Source: an uncultured virus (IMG/VR IMGVR_UViG_3300032322_002004) (lineage: Duplodnaviria; Heunggongvirae; Uroviricota; Caudoviricetes). Taken from it: DNA of 64,000 nt. This document shows, piece by piece, positions 18,222-32,200 of this stretch; the stretch's first letter is position 1, and every line of letters begins with the position of its first letter. Under the pieces are notes generated by a model that was not told where the DNA came from, ran no database searches, and saw only the letters and a list, made by a program, of their open reading frames with translations. Location: the IMG/VR virus record IMGVR_UViG_3300032322_002004. The stretch is one strand, 5' to 3'. The translations under genes and the position numbers were made by a program.

Positions 18222-19001
18222 ATGGACAATGCAGAAACAATGGCAGTTGCTTTTGAAGCAGAGGCCGGAACAGCTCCAGTCGTAAATGTGTCGGGCGTTG
18301 ACGCGCCGACTGTTACTACTACAGAAAAGGCAAGTAATCAAAAGTTTTATACTGATGATGATCTAGCTAAAGTACGTTCTCAAGAAAAAGAAAAGCTCTA
18401 CCCTCAGATTGAAAGTTTGAAGGAAGAACTTCTCTCTATCAAGAAGGAAAAAGAAGAAGAAGCAGCTCGTAGAGCAGCAGAAGCGGAAGCAGATGCTGCA
18501 CGAATTCGAGAAGAAGCATTAGCAGAACTTGATTCCAAGTCCTATGCAGATGCTCGACTTTCAGAGTTGCAGGAGCAGTTGGAGCGTGAGCGTGTTGAAC
18601 GCGAACGAGCCTTCGCTCTACTGGAGCGGGAAAAGACTTTTGCAGACCTTCAGGCTTACCGACAAGAAGTTCTCAACCAAGAGCGCGATAACATTATTCC
18701 GGAACTAGTAGATCTCATTCAGGGTAACTCCCGTGAAGAGCTTCAGGCTAGTGTGGAAAATCTTAAGGAGCGCTCAGCAAGAATTCTTGAATCAGCGCAA
18801 TCTGCAATGCAGAACGCTAGAAAAGAAATGAAGGGAACGAGTATCACTACTCCTCCCAATGGGCCACTGGAAACCAATTCGGAGCAACGTAACTTTACGC
18901 CGCAAGAAATTGCAGCAATGCCGATGAACGAATACTCAAAATACCGTAGTCGTCTCTTGAGCGAACGAGCTCAAGGAAAGACTCAAGGGCTTTTAGGCTA
19001 A
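18222..19001 (+). CDS. Capsid scaffolding protein
   Basis: Glu/Arg-rich coiled coil directly upstream of the capsid gene. Confidence 0.75.
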   Translation: MDNAETMAVAFEAEAGTAPVVNVSGVDAPTVTTTEKASNQKFYTDDDLAKVRSQEKEKLYPQIESLKEELLSIKKEKEEEAARRAAEAEADAARIREEALAELDSKSYADARLSELQEQLERERVERERAFALLEREKTFADLQAYRQEVLNQERDNIIPELVDLIQGNSREELQASVENLKERSARILESAQSAMQNARKEMKGTSITTPPNGPLETNSEQRNFTPQEIAAMPMNEYSKYRSRLLSERAQGKTQGLLG

Positions 19002-19041
19002 ACCAACAATCAAACTCAAACCCAACAAGGAGTCAATTTAA

Positions 19042-20112
19042 ATGGCATCAGGTATTACAGGTACCGGCAATTTAGCCGCAGCACCTACAGCGTACTCAGG
19101 TACAAATACCCAGCTGACTCAAGCGATCCAGACAATTTGGTCAAAGGAAATTCTTTTCCAGGCCATGCCAATCTTGCGCTTTGAGCAGTTCGCGGTAAAG
19201 AAGACTGAACTAGGTGTTGCACCTGGTCTTCAGATCAACTTCATGCGTTACAACAACCTCGGCTTTGCAACTTCACTAGTTGAAGGTGTTCGCATGCAGA
19301 CTAACGCACTAACAGCACAGCAATTCTCAATCACAGTATCTGAGCATGGATATGCTCTTGCTGTATCAGAGCTTTTGCTTAACGCTTCATTTGATGACGT
19401 AATGGCTTCAGCCTCACGTCTTCTAGGTCGTAACATGGCTATCTATCTAGATCAGCTTTCACGCGACACACTTTATGCAGCTACATCAACAATCTACGGT
19501 GAAGACCGCTCTAACCTCTCAGCAGTTAATAACTGGTATGCAGATGGTACAAAGGGTACATCACGTGCTTCTATGACAGGTGCATTTAACTTGACACCTA
19601 AGACAGTCAAGGATGCAGTAGAAACACTAGCAACCAAGAACATCCCTCGCCTAGGTGAGACATATGTTGCTTTCATTCACCCACACCAAAGCCGCAAGCT
19701 TCGTGACAATCCAGAATTCATTGAAGTCACAAAGTACGCAGCTCCAGGTAACTTCATGCTTGGTGAGATCGGCCGTCTATACGACACAGTATTCATTGAG
19801 ACCACACAGGTTCTCAAGGTTGCTGGTGGTGCTGGTGCTGGTTACTCAGCTGATACTACAGTTGCTAACCCAGTTGTAACTCCTGGTGGAGGCTACACAA
19901 CCCCAGCAACAAAGACCGGTAACGGTGCTTCAGATCGTTATGCAGCTATCTTCATTGGAGATAACGCATTCGGTCACGCAATCTCTCTTCCAGTTGAACT
20001 CCGCGATGGCGGTATTCTTGACTTCGGTCGTGAGCATGCACTTGCTTGGTACTCAATCTTCGGTCTTGGTCTAATCACAGATCAGTCTGTTGTTATTGCA
20101 GAAACCAACTAA
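19042..20112 (+). CDS. Major capsid protein (N4-gp56-like)
   Basis: AAGGAG RBS; highly biased codons; YVAFIHPHQ, GEIGRLY..VFIET and DFGRE..LAWY motifs. Confidence 0.9.
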   Translation: MASGITGTGNLAAAPTAYSGTNTQLTQAIQTIWSKEILFQAMPILRFEQFAVKKTELGVAPGLQINFMRYNNLGFATSLVEGVRMQTNALTAQQFSITVSEHGYALAVSELLLNASFDDVMASASRLLGRNMAIYLDQLSRDTLYAATSTIYGEDRSNLSAVNNWYADGTKGTSRASMTGAFNLTPKTVKDAVETLATKNIPRLGETYVAFIHPHQSRKLRDNPEFIEVTKYAAPGNFMLGEIGRLYDTVFIETTQVLKVAGGAGAGYSADTTVANPVVTPGGGYTTPATKTGNGASDRYAAIFIGDNAFGHAISLPVELRDGGILDFGREHALAWYSIFGLGLITDQSVVIAETN

Positions 20113-20131
20113 TACAACTAAATAGCTTAAA

Positions 20132-20165
20132 TGTTAGGCGGGGGTGTAAAAGCCCCCGCCCAACA
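20132..20165 (+). terminator. Hairpin after the capsid gene (terminator or mRNA stabiliser)
   Basis: GGCGGGGGT...GCCCCCGCC stem; no U-tract. Confidence 0.55.
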
Positions 20166-20197
20166 CAAACACTCAGACATTAAACCGGAGGATACAA

Positions 20198-20563
20198 ATG
20201 GCAAGTAAAGTCAAACCGACCGATGTTACAGGTCGCGCCCGTGAAGTTCAGCTCGAGGAAAACGCTCAAGTACTTCAAGAAAAAGCTGCAACTATGTCTA
20301 TGGCTTCAGCCACAGCACAGATCAAGCTTGAGACAGAAGTTATTGATGCAACCATTCCAGATCGTCAGACAGTAATTGTTGACTCACCAATTGAAGTTGG
20401 TGGATCAGATGCAACTGTATTGATTCGAGTTGTTGAAGATATTGAAAACATGACCCTTGGTGCAGGAAACAACTACAGCTTTAAGGCTGGACAGAAGTAC
20501 TCAGTTACTCAACAGGTTGCTACTCACTTGCGAGAAAAGGGCTATCTAGCAGGCGTTATCTAA
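20198..20563 (+). CDS. Hypothetical head-associated protein
   Basis: GGAGG RBS; follows the capsid gene. Confidence 0.7.
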   Translation: MASKVKPTDVTGRAREVQLEENAQVLQEKAATMSMASATAQIKLETEVIDATIPDRQTVIVDSPIEVGGSDATVLIRVVEDIENMTLGAGNNYSFKAGQKYSVTQQVATHLREKGYLAGVI

Positions 20564-20670
20564 GATTTAACTAGGCGGGGTGGCGGGCAACTATGCCCGC
20601 TTCTTCGTTTGTAAAGATTTTTTGTAGATACTCGCTACCATTAGATTAATACCGTGAATAGGGGTTGTGA

Positions 20671-21777
20671 GTGGCCAGAGTTAGCCAGATTGTCGACAGA
20701 GTTCGCCTAGAGCTCGGTGACATGCCTAAAAAATTCACCTATACTGCTCCGGGCACTGGTACCCAAAAAGTATTTGATACAAAAATTAAACCTCTAGAGC
20801 CATCTTTGCTTGTTGTTGAGGTTAGAGGACCACAAGGAACTGTGCCAATTCCGGCTCCAGCAGGGTACACAGTAGAAAAAGATTTAGGCATCTTTCATTT
20901 TTATACAGCACCATCCAATACCTCTACAGTCACAATTACCGGTACCTCTTACCGCTACTTTAGCGACTCAGACCTAGAGCGTTTTGTTGACACAGCTGTA
21001 GAACAGCATACCTACCAAAGATCTGACAAGTTTGGCCGACGCCTAACAATCGGAAACCTTGAGCCTGTTGAAGAGTACCCAATTGCCATCTTGGCATCTA
21101 TTGAAGCCCTATGGTGTCTTGCTACAGATTCAGCTTTTGATATTGATATTCAAGCTCCAGACGGAGTTATGATCCCGCGCTCTGAGCGTTACCGTCAGCT
21201 TACTGGAATTATTCAACAGCGCATGGAGCAGTACAAGCAGCTTTCTTCAGCTCTTAATATTGGACTATGGCGTTTGGAGATGGGCTCACTTCGCCGAGTC
21301 TCACGTCGTACTAACCGTTTGGTACCTATCTACATGGCACAAGAAGTAGAAGACGCTAGATATCCGGATCGGGTATATATTGAGAACAACCTCAAAGGCT
21401 TTGACCCAACACCTACAACTGCCGCGGTTTACGATCTTCTTATCTACCAAGGTGATTCATTTAGTGTTGAGCTTGATTTCCCAAGTGCTACTACTAACCT
21501 TGTATTTAAAGCACAGATTAGAATTTACGCAAGAGCCCCAATTATTATTGCTGATATGACAGTAACTGTTATCAATAACGCTACTGGACGTATTCGTTTA
21601 TCTCTACCAAAGAGCGTGACTAAAAACCTACCTAAGCGTGGAACTTGGGATCTTCAAGCTACTTCAACAGTAGATCCAGATTTCCAAAAAACTTACATAA
21701 GAGGTCAAGTCTTTGTAACTGAGCAAGTAACTGTAGATGCCAATGAACAAGGTGGCGCAGTGATAGGAGGCTACTAA
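20671..21777 (+). CDS. Putative head-tail adaptor/neck protein with C-terminal Ig-like domain
   Basis: VRLELGD...YFSDSDL adaptor-like motifs; C-terminal IYQGDSF...WDLQ...YIRGQV. Confidence 0.6.
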   Translation: MARVSQIVDRVRLELGDMPKKFTYTAPGTGTQKVFDTKIKPLEPSLLVVEVRGPQGTVPIPAPAGYTVEKDLGIFHFYTAPSNTSTVTITGTSYRYFSDSDLERFVDTAVEQHTYQRSDKFGRRLTIGNLEPVEEYPIAILASIEALWCLATDSAFDIDIQAPDGVMIPRSERYRQLTGIIQQRMEQYKQLSSALNIGLWRLEMGSLRRVSRRTNRLVPIYMAQEVEDARYPDRVYIENNLKGFDPTPTTAAVYDLLIYQGDSFSVELDFPSATTNLVFKAQIRIYARAPIIIADMTVTVINNATGRIRLSLPKSVTKNLPKRGTWDLQATSTVDPDFQKTYIRGQVFVTEQVTVDANEQGGAVIGGY

Positions 21778-21778
21778 G

Positions 21779-23575
<1,797 letters not shown>

Positions 23576-23657
23576 TTTTATTTACTTATAGCAGTTAATC
23601 ATCTGAGTTTGTAGGTATCTTAGTACCTAGCGCTTGGATCTAAGAAAGGAAGAATAA

Positions 23658-26228
23658 ATGGCTGGTTTTCTTGGTGGCAGCAGCGGTAGCGGCGGCGGCG
23701 GAGAAATCCTATTCCCAGCGGAATTTATTGATCCGGTAACCAAGCTCCGCGTTTCCGAACCAGAAACGCTGATTGATACCGACTTTGAGTATGGCCTTCA
23801 GCCTACCAAGTGGGAAACTGTTGAGCTTATTAATAACACCCCGTCTTTCTTTTCAAAGAGCGGTGATACAACCATTAATGGCATTTTGGCCATGGTTACA
23901 ACTGCAACCTCACGTGAAGTTAAAGTAACCACCGCAGCCGATCACGGTCTTGCTGTTGGTATCCCAATTAACGTCAGCGGAACTAAATCTATTACAGCTG
24001 ACGGCTCATACATTATTAACTCTATCCCAGACGCAAGAACATTTACTTACCTTGCAAAGCAAAATCAAGATTTTACAGCTTCTATCTTCGACCTCTATAC
24101 ATCTATTATTACTGGTGAGTTTTTCCAAGGCTCACAGATTAAGATTTCTGACTCACAAGGTATTGTTACTAATGCTGGGTCACCTTCAGCTCTTACTGTT
24201 CAAACAGACTCACCTCACGGTTTTCAGGTAGGAACACCTTTTTACTTCCTTAACCTTAACTCAACTGTTTCACAGCAGTTTGATGCTTCTAATACCGGAG
24301 CTAAGACCTTTGATTCTTCAAACAGCGCAACCGCTCAAACATTTGATGGTTCTAACTCTTTAACTTCATACAACGTTGATTTTGATAATAGAGCTTATGT
24401 TGGTGGAACACCTAGCACAACAGTAACCCACAGCGCAGCTAACAAAACTATTACAGTTCTTCATGGAGCTGAAAACTTTAGTGGAAAACCTGTTGGAACA
24501 CCTCTTTATTACAACGCACCTGCTGCAAGCAGCGGTTACTTTTTTACAAACCCTAGAGGCATAGTATTTATTGCCGATAGCGTAAATAACGTTCTTGGAA
24601 CATCAAGTTCAACTTTTGCTGTATCCGCAACTCCTGGTGGAGAGCTAATTGATCTTCCAACAGCCCCTACTGGTTTCTTTCAATTAGCAAACCAAGCCGT
24701 TTCATTTGCCGGTAATAACATAGATCTTGTAAGTCAGACTACGTTAAATATAGCAAGCCCAAGCCCACGTGAGTTTGACGGCTCTAATACTCAAGGAAGT
24801 TTATCAACTGTAAACACTTATAGTGGAACAATTATTCAGCTTAACAACGATGCTGGAACCACTATAAGCACTGGTTTATATGTTGGTGCAATGGTTTTCT
24901 ATACAACTACAGGAACAGCAGCTACAGGTCTTACTAACAACACTACCTATTTTGTAACTTTTTACAACGAACCAGCTGGTTCTTCGGTTCCAGGATTTTT
25001 GCAAATTAAAGTAGCAACACTTCCTGGTGGAGCAGACATCAGTGTGTCTGGTGGAAGCGGTGTTCAAAAGTTCCGTAAAATTGGAGTTTCTGTAGATAGA
25101 AATATTTGGAATTTGCAATCTCATGGTTTGGTTACCGGTGACCTTGTTCGATACACCTACCCTGTTGGTGGAAAAGTTGCATTACAGTCTTATACTAAAG
25201 ATCATGCTTTTGTTACACGTATTGACGCTCACAACTTTTATTTAAATGATGAGCTTGGTGTAGAAGCTACCGGTGGAACTGTTTCAACTATTAACGTAGG
25301 TGGGGTTAATTATAAACTTCATAGATTTGTTGTTGATACTCGATACACAACTAAAACATTTAACTTTGAAGTTACTTCTGGAAACGCTACGGCTGAATTC
25401 TTAGTTGTTGCTGGCGGTGGTTCCGGTTCACCTTACGTAGGCGGCGGTGGTGGCGGCGGTGGTTTCATCGAAGGAACTATGGCTATTACTTCTGGAAGCA
25501 CTTACGTTGTAACAGTTGGTGCCGGCGGTAACAGTGGAGGCGACAGCGGTAATCGAAACGATACTTGGGAAGACGGAAAAAATTCTTCTATTGTTGGACC
25601 TAACGTAACTATTACCGCACTTGGTGGTGGTAAGGGCGGACGCCACGCAGCTGAAGCAGGTTATAACGGTGGTTCTGGTGGAGGTTCTGGTTCTACAAAC
25701 GGCCAAGACGCATTTGGTGGAACAGCAAACGCTGGTTCATGGAGCGGTTCTGCTGTTCTTAGCGCTGCTGGTTTTGCTTTCCGTGGCGGAAACACTACTG
25801 GCCCTCGTCCAAATAATGATTGCGAAGGCGCAGGCGGTGGCGGTGCTGGTGGTATAGGTCAAGACCACGATAACAGAAACCGAAGTAACGGTGGAGCGGG
25901 TCGCGCATCTTCAATTTCAGGAACTACTTACTTTTACGCAGCAGGTGGCGGAGGCGGAGGCTTCTTCCCTAACGATGCTGGTGACTCTCTTGGTGGCGGT
26001 TTAGGCGGCCAAGGTGGCGGTGGCGGTGGCGGAACTTACGCTAACGGAACTCCTGGTACAGGTGGTACTGGTGGAGAAACAAACGGTGGTAACGGATCTA
26101 GCTCCGGAGAAGGTCCTGGTGGTGGCGGCGGTCTGCATACTGGTTCTGGTGGAGGATCTACAGGTCACTCACAAAACCCTCAAGCAGGTGGCGGTTCTGG
26201 AATTGTTTACATTAGGTACCCGGCGTAA
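23658..26228 (+). CDS. Large virion structural / fibre protein with C-terminal glycine-rich domain
   Basis: KLRVSEPETLIDTDFEYGLQPTKWE N-terminus; FLVVAGGG...GGSGIVYIRY Gly-rich domain. Confidence 0.75.
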   Translation: MAGFLGGSSGSGGGGEILFPAEFIDPVTKLRVSEPETLIDTDFEYGLQPTKWETVELINNTPSFFSKSGDTTINGILAMVTTATSREVKVTTAADHGLAVGIPINVSGTKSITADGSYIINSIPDARTFTYLAKQNQDFTASIFDLYTSIITGEFFQGSQIKISDSQGIVTNAGSPSALTVQTDSPHGFQVGTPFYFLNLNSTVSQQFDASNTGAKTFDSSNSATAQTFDGSNSLTSYNVDFDNRAYVGGTPSTTVTHSAANKTITVLHGAENFSGKPVGTPLYYNAPAASSGYFFTNPRGIVFIADSVNNVLGTSSSTFAVSATPGGELIDLPTAPTGFFQLANQAVSFAGNNIDLVSQTTLNIASPSPREFDGSNTQGSLSTVNTYSGTIIQLNNDAGTTISTGLYVGAMVFYTTTGTAATGLTNNTTYFVTFYNEPAGSSVPGFLQIKVATLPGGADISVSGGSGVQKFRKIGVSVDRNIWNLQSHGLVTGDLVRYTYPVGGKVALQSYTKDHAFVTRIDAHNFYLNDELGVEATGGTVSTINVGGVNYKLHRFVVDTRYTTKTFNFEVTSGNATAEFLVVAGGGSGSPYVGGGGGGGGFIEGTMAITSGSTYVVTVGAGGNSGGDSGNRNDTWEDGKNSSIVGPNVTITALGGGKGGRHAAEAGYNGGSGGGSGSTNGQDAFGGTANAGSWSGSAVLSAAGFAFRGGNTTGPRPNNDCEGAGGGGAGGIGQDHDNRNRSNGGAGRASSISGTTYFYAAGGGGGGFFPNDAGDSLGGGLGGQGGGGGGGTYANGTPGTGGTGGETNGGNGSSSGEGPGGGGGLHTGSGGGSTGHSQNPQAGGGSGIVYIRYPA

Positions 26229-26242
26229 AGGAGTATAGATAA

Positions 26243-29200
26243 ATGGCCATACTTGATATTACAGCTGTTGGTGCTGCTGGCGTTCACGGAATCGCAAAGA
26301 CCAACGTTAACCTTGACGACAATTATATTTATTACAACTCATTAGCTGGGGAAGTTGTACCTGCTGCATTTGCTAATGGTTCACCTTTTATTTTTAGAAG
26401 CACCATCGGTAGTTTAGGCGGTTTAACAAACAACTCACTTTACTATATTAAAACTGTAACTGGAAAAGGTTTTGCGTTTTCTACAACTCTTGATGGCACC
26501 ACTATTGATCTAACATCTTCTACTGCTGGACCTGTAACTTTTAATTATCCTTTTGTGTATAACAACCTACTAAACTTAGACGCAAACTACCCAAGCAACC
26601 AAGCGGTTAAATACTTTACGTCTGGAACACCTATTACCGGTTTAACCTCTGGAACTACATACTTCTTAAAATCCTCTAATAGCGGGTTTGGTCAAGTAAA
26701 CCTTTACTCCTTTACTTCTCACAGCTTTACTAACGCATCAACTACTGGCGCAACTGCACCAGCTCTTTCTACATTAAGAGCTGCTTATACTTCGTCAGCT
26801 TGGGCAGCTTCTGCTGCAAACTTAAACCAAGGTGCTTTCCAAGGCTATCAAGATTGGAGAGTACCAACTACTGGTATTTATGAATTAACAGTAAAGGGTG
26901 CACCTGCTGGAACACCTCCTGCGGGAGGAATGGTAGGAACTACTGGACGCGGCGCTATTGTAAAGGGTCGTGTAAAGCTTAATAAAGGCGAAATTATCAC
27001 TATTGCTGTTGGTCAAACAGGTAGTGCTGGAAATAACGGATCTTGGGCTTCTTCTGGAGGAGGAACTTTTGTTGTACGCAAATCAACAAATACTCCACTT
27101 TTTGTTGCTGCCGGCGGTGTTGCTAACAATGATCAAAATTCTGGTATTGATGGTTCTTTAAATCCGTCTGGTGCTCAAAGCCCAAACTCTTTTGCTGTTG
27201 GAACTCTTGGTAATGGCGGTACCGGTGGAAACTCTCTGTCTGGAGCCGGTGGTGGTTTCTTAAGCGCTGGCGGTGCAACAACTGGAACATATGTTGCGGT
27301 TACAGCTGGTGGCGGTTTTAATAACGGCCTTGTTGGAGGTAACGGAAACAACGGAGCAAACGGCGGTTTTGGTGGAGCCGGTGGAGCTGAATCCCTATCA
27401 GTAGGCGCTAACGGTGGTTCTGGTGGTTACACAGGAGGTTCTGGCGCTAGCGGTAGAGGTTCTGGTGGAGCCGGTGGTTCTTACATTAACCCTATTGCTA
27501 CAAATGTAGCAACTTCAAATGGAACTTATGATTCATTAACTGGATTTAATGGCGTTGATATTGTAAACCTTAACTCATTTAATTCATCAAATGCTACAGC
27601 TGGCGTAGATGTAACTCTTATTTCAAGCACACTTACAGCGTTCACGGTACACCCAACAATTGCTGACGCACAGGCAGGAACTAATGGAATTTCTCTTACA
27701 GCTGCCGGTACTCAATATCACGCTGTGGTTCCTATTAGTTTAGATCTAACATCTAATATTATTTATAACCCTACAGGTCACGCTTTTAACTCTGGAGACG
27801 CTGTAACTTACACATTTACAGGAACTGCGCCTGCCCCAATAACAGCGGGAACAGTTTACTATGTAAATACAATTAACAGTTACTCATACAAGCTAAGTAC
27901 AACCCCATCTCCTAGCTTTACAGATGTTGATTTTACTTTGCCAGGTTTTGCAACAGATGAAAAACTTCAAAAAGTTATTGTAAACGTTGCAACTGATACT
28001 ATTAATATCCCAAGCCATGGTTTCTTGGTAAACCAGCCTGTTAATTACCAGATTTCAGGAGCTACCCTTAAGTCTATTACTTCTATCAGCCGTTCAGGAA
28101 CACTAGCTACAGCTACTGTTGCATCCCATGGATTTGTTACAGGACAATCTGTAAACATCTCAGGATCTGCAAACGCTAATCTAGACGGTACCTATATTGT
28201 TACAAATACTGGTACTAATACCTTTACTTACACTACATCAACCTCTGGAACATTAACTTCTATTGTTGGTGGTACTGCAAACGTAAACCACAATGTCCCA
28301 ATTTCATCTATTTCTAGAAATAGTGGAACAACAGTTACAGTTAATACCTCGTACCATACATTTACTGTTGGTCGTCGTGTTTACATATCTGGAGTTACAT
28401 CCGGATCAACTCCAATTCCTGGATTAAATGGAACATTTACAATTACAGCTGTTCCAAATAATGCAAGTTTTACATTTACCTCACCAGTTTCTGGAAGCGT
28501 TTCTGCTACAGGCGGTACAGCTGCTGTTAATTTAGCAATTAATCCTTTGCAAGATAATGCTACTTACTACGTTAAAACTGTAGTTGACGCTAACAACATT
28601 AAACTTAGCCAGGCACTTAATGGACCAGCTATTGATTTTCTTTCAGAAGACCTTGCAACTGGAAGACCTGCTGCCGGACTTGGTACAGCTCACTCATTCC
28701 TCTATGTAGTGGTAAATCTTACAGAAGATAGCCTTTACATTCCAGGTCACGGGTATGTAACAGGAACTAAGCTTGTTTACGGCGTGGGTGGAGGATCTCC
28801 TATTGGAGGTTTAACTAGTGGCCAAACTTACTTTGTAATTAAAGTTGATGACAATATTATTAAGTTAAGTACCACTGTAAACGGACCGGCAATTAACTTA
28901 ACTACACTTGGTAGTGGTAACCACACACTTACTACAAATGCTGTTGATTTTGTTACAAATCAAATTGCTATACCAGATCACGGCTTTAGTGCTGGCGAGC
29001 TTGTACAGTACGATTCTGTTGGCCAGACCCCAATTAACGGTCTAGTATCAGGTAACCCTTACTACGTAATTCTTATTGACGGTAACAACATTGCTTTGGC
29101 ATCTAGCCTAGTAAACGCATTAGCTGGAACCCGTGTAGACCTAATCGCTTCTCCTTCTCCAGTAGGTACACACAAGATCTTGTCTCTTACAAAGTCCCCT

Positions 29201-32200
29201 GACGGAACTTACACAGTAGCTTCTGTACCAAGCACCACTACGTTTACAGTAACAGCTAATGGTTTTGTGCCAACAATTGTTAAGGCATTTAATCCACGAC
29301 GCGTAGTTAACCTACAGCAAAACACAATCCAAGTACTATCTCACGGATTTATTACTGGAACAAAGGTTACATACTCCCATGGTGGAGACTCAGCTATTGG
29401 TGGTTTAACCAGTGGAACTGACTACTATGCTATTAACATCACTAAAGACTATATTCGTCTTGCAACCTCAGCGGAAAACGCAAGCTCTGGTGTACCTGTA
29501 ACACTTACCTCTTGGGGTGCTGGAATCGCTCACAGCTTAACTACATCACAGATTAACGGTTATGTAACAGGTTCTGGAACAGTATCTACCACATCTGGTT
29601 CTACACTGGTAAACGGTGTTGGAACGTCGTTTTCTAAGATCCTTAAGAATGGTGACTTGTTTAGATTATTCCCGGCAGATACAGTTGTGTCTTCTACAAA
29701 TATTGCAACAAGCGCTATCGCGGCAAACCCAACAAATACATTTACTATTACCGCCCACTCATTTGTAACCGGTGATAATGTTATATTTGAAACTACTGGA
29801 ACAGCCCCTACGGGTCTAGTTGCTGGGTATTACTACTTTATTCGTAAAATTGATAACAACACAATTAAACTATTTAACACAGCAGCTGACGCTTCATCCA
29901 ACACAAACCCTGTAACGTTTTCAAACGTTGGTTCTGGCTTTGTAAGCTTCCATAAGAACACGCCTAACGCACCAATTATTCGTAAGATTACAGCTATTGG
30001 TTCTGATTTACAGATAACTGTGGATCGCCCTTACGCTACTTCATACTCAGGTCGCTCTTACTCATATGCAACCTTTATTTACGTGCGCCCACAAGGGTAC
30101 TCACTACACCGCCCATTTGACGGTGGAGTTGAAATGTCTGTTGGTACTAACACATCATTTGGTCAGATCATTCGACAGACCCGTAAGTACTTCCGTTACC
30201 AGTCGGGTAAGGGTTTACAGACCTCGTTTGGTATTAACTTTAAACCAACTATTGATATTGAAAACCTAGTTAGAGAGTCCTCTACTACCTTCAAATGTAC
30301 TACACGCAGACCACACAGCTTAATTAGCGGTCTAACTGTAAAAATTTCTGAGGCAGAGACCTCAACAGGCGCTCTTAGCACAGTGTTTAATGGTAATTTC
30401 CAAGTAACTGTTCAAGATGCCTTTACCTTTACATGTATTGCTGCAACTGCTATCCCTACTGGAGTAGAGTCTACAGCTTACGGATTCCCACAGTTTAACG
30501 TTTTGCAATGGCAAAATGGAGCAATTCGCGCTGGTATGTTTGATTTCCAAAACGGTATGTTCTTTGAGTTTGACGGACAAAAACTTTATTGCGTACGTCG
30601 TTCTTCAACACAGCAAGTAGCAGGTACTGCATCAGCGCTTCAAGGATCTGAGTTTGTATTTGGTACAGGAACTCAATTTACAAAGCAACTTGATGCTGGT
30701 GACTTTATTGTTATGCGCGGTCAAACTTATAAAATTTCTAGCGTACTTAGTGATACTCGCCTTACCATTAAGCCTGAGTACAAGGGTTCTTCTGGATCAG
30801 AGGTTGAATTTAACCCAGGTAACGGAACTACTGGTGTTGTAAGAACAGCAGATAGCACTTTTGTTATTCAAAGCCATGGTTTGACACAATTACTACCTGT
30901 TGTTTACAACTCTATTGATGGTACCCCAATCGGTGGTCTTATCAACGGACGTACCTACTATGTAGATGTTGTTGATAACAACAGCTTTGCTCTTAAGGCT
31001 ACGCCTGACGCTGTAAGTGATGTAACCATTTCAGACCCTGGAACAGGGTTCCCTCACTCATTTACACCTGCTAAGAGCGGTATTATCATCACTAAGACTG
31101 TTGATACCCGCGTACCTCAAGAAGAGTTCTCGATTGATAAACTTGATGGAACCGGCCCAACAGGCTACAACATTGATCTTACTAAGATTCAGATGGCTTA
31201 TATTGATTATTCTTGGTACGGAGCTGGAAAGATTCGTTACGGATTTAAGACTCGTTCTGGAGAAGTTCAGTACGTACACGAGTTTATCCACAATAACTTT
31301 AAGCTTGAGTCATACTTCCGCTCAGGTAACTTACCTACTCGTTATGAAGTAGCAACCTTCGATACACCTACATATATCCCATTCCTATTCCACTGGGGTA
31401 CTTCGGTTATCATGGACGGTAAGTTTGATGATGATAAGGCTTATCTCTTTACTCAGAACAGCCAGACACTTCAAGTTGCCGGAACTACAGCTAAGTCCTT
31501 TGGATCTAGAGCGGTAGATACAGCAACCGAGCGTATTAATATCTCAAGTCACGGCTTTACAACTGGAGATGCTGTAACTTACCAGTCTTTGCAGGCTAAT
31601 GGTCAACCCGGAAACAATAACCTTAACCAGCAGATCGTTGCACAACCTGCAACCTACAACTTTACACGCTTGCAGAATAACAGCACCCTTTATGTAAGAG
31701 TGTTTGATGCTAACAACATCCAGCTACATCCAACCTTAGCTGATGCTGGGTCTGGTACAGGCGCTGGTGGTACAAACATTATTACGTTTACCAACAACTT
31801 AGATGGTCAAGGTAACTCACAATATACTTACTACCTATACCCACTAGGGTCTTCTAACAACACATCTGGTACTAACTACCAGCCTCTATTGTCTCTACGC
31901 CTATCTCCATCAGTATCTTCTGGTTTGACAGGTAAGCTTGGTGATCGTGATGTTATTAACCGTATGCAGTTGGCTATTAAAGAACTTGCGGTATCTACAA
32001 CTAACCTTGTAGACGTTAAGGTTCTTATTAACCCACGCCTTAACAACCTTAACTTTGCTGGTGCGGCTGTACCATCACTTACTCAGTACATTCAGCACAC
32101 TCTGAATGATACTGTATCTGGCGGAACTCAGATTTATAACTTCCGCGCAGCTGGTGGAGCAAACTCTGCTGAAGACTCAACTACAGTAAATCTCTCTGAT

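Noticed and set aside
20117..20129. 13-mer ACTAAATAGCTTA identical to part of the putative origin (53058-53070)
   Set aside because: AT-rich 13-mer matches are expected by chance in 64 kb.
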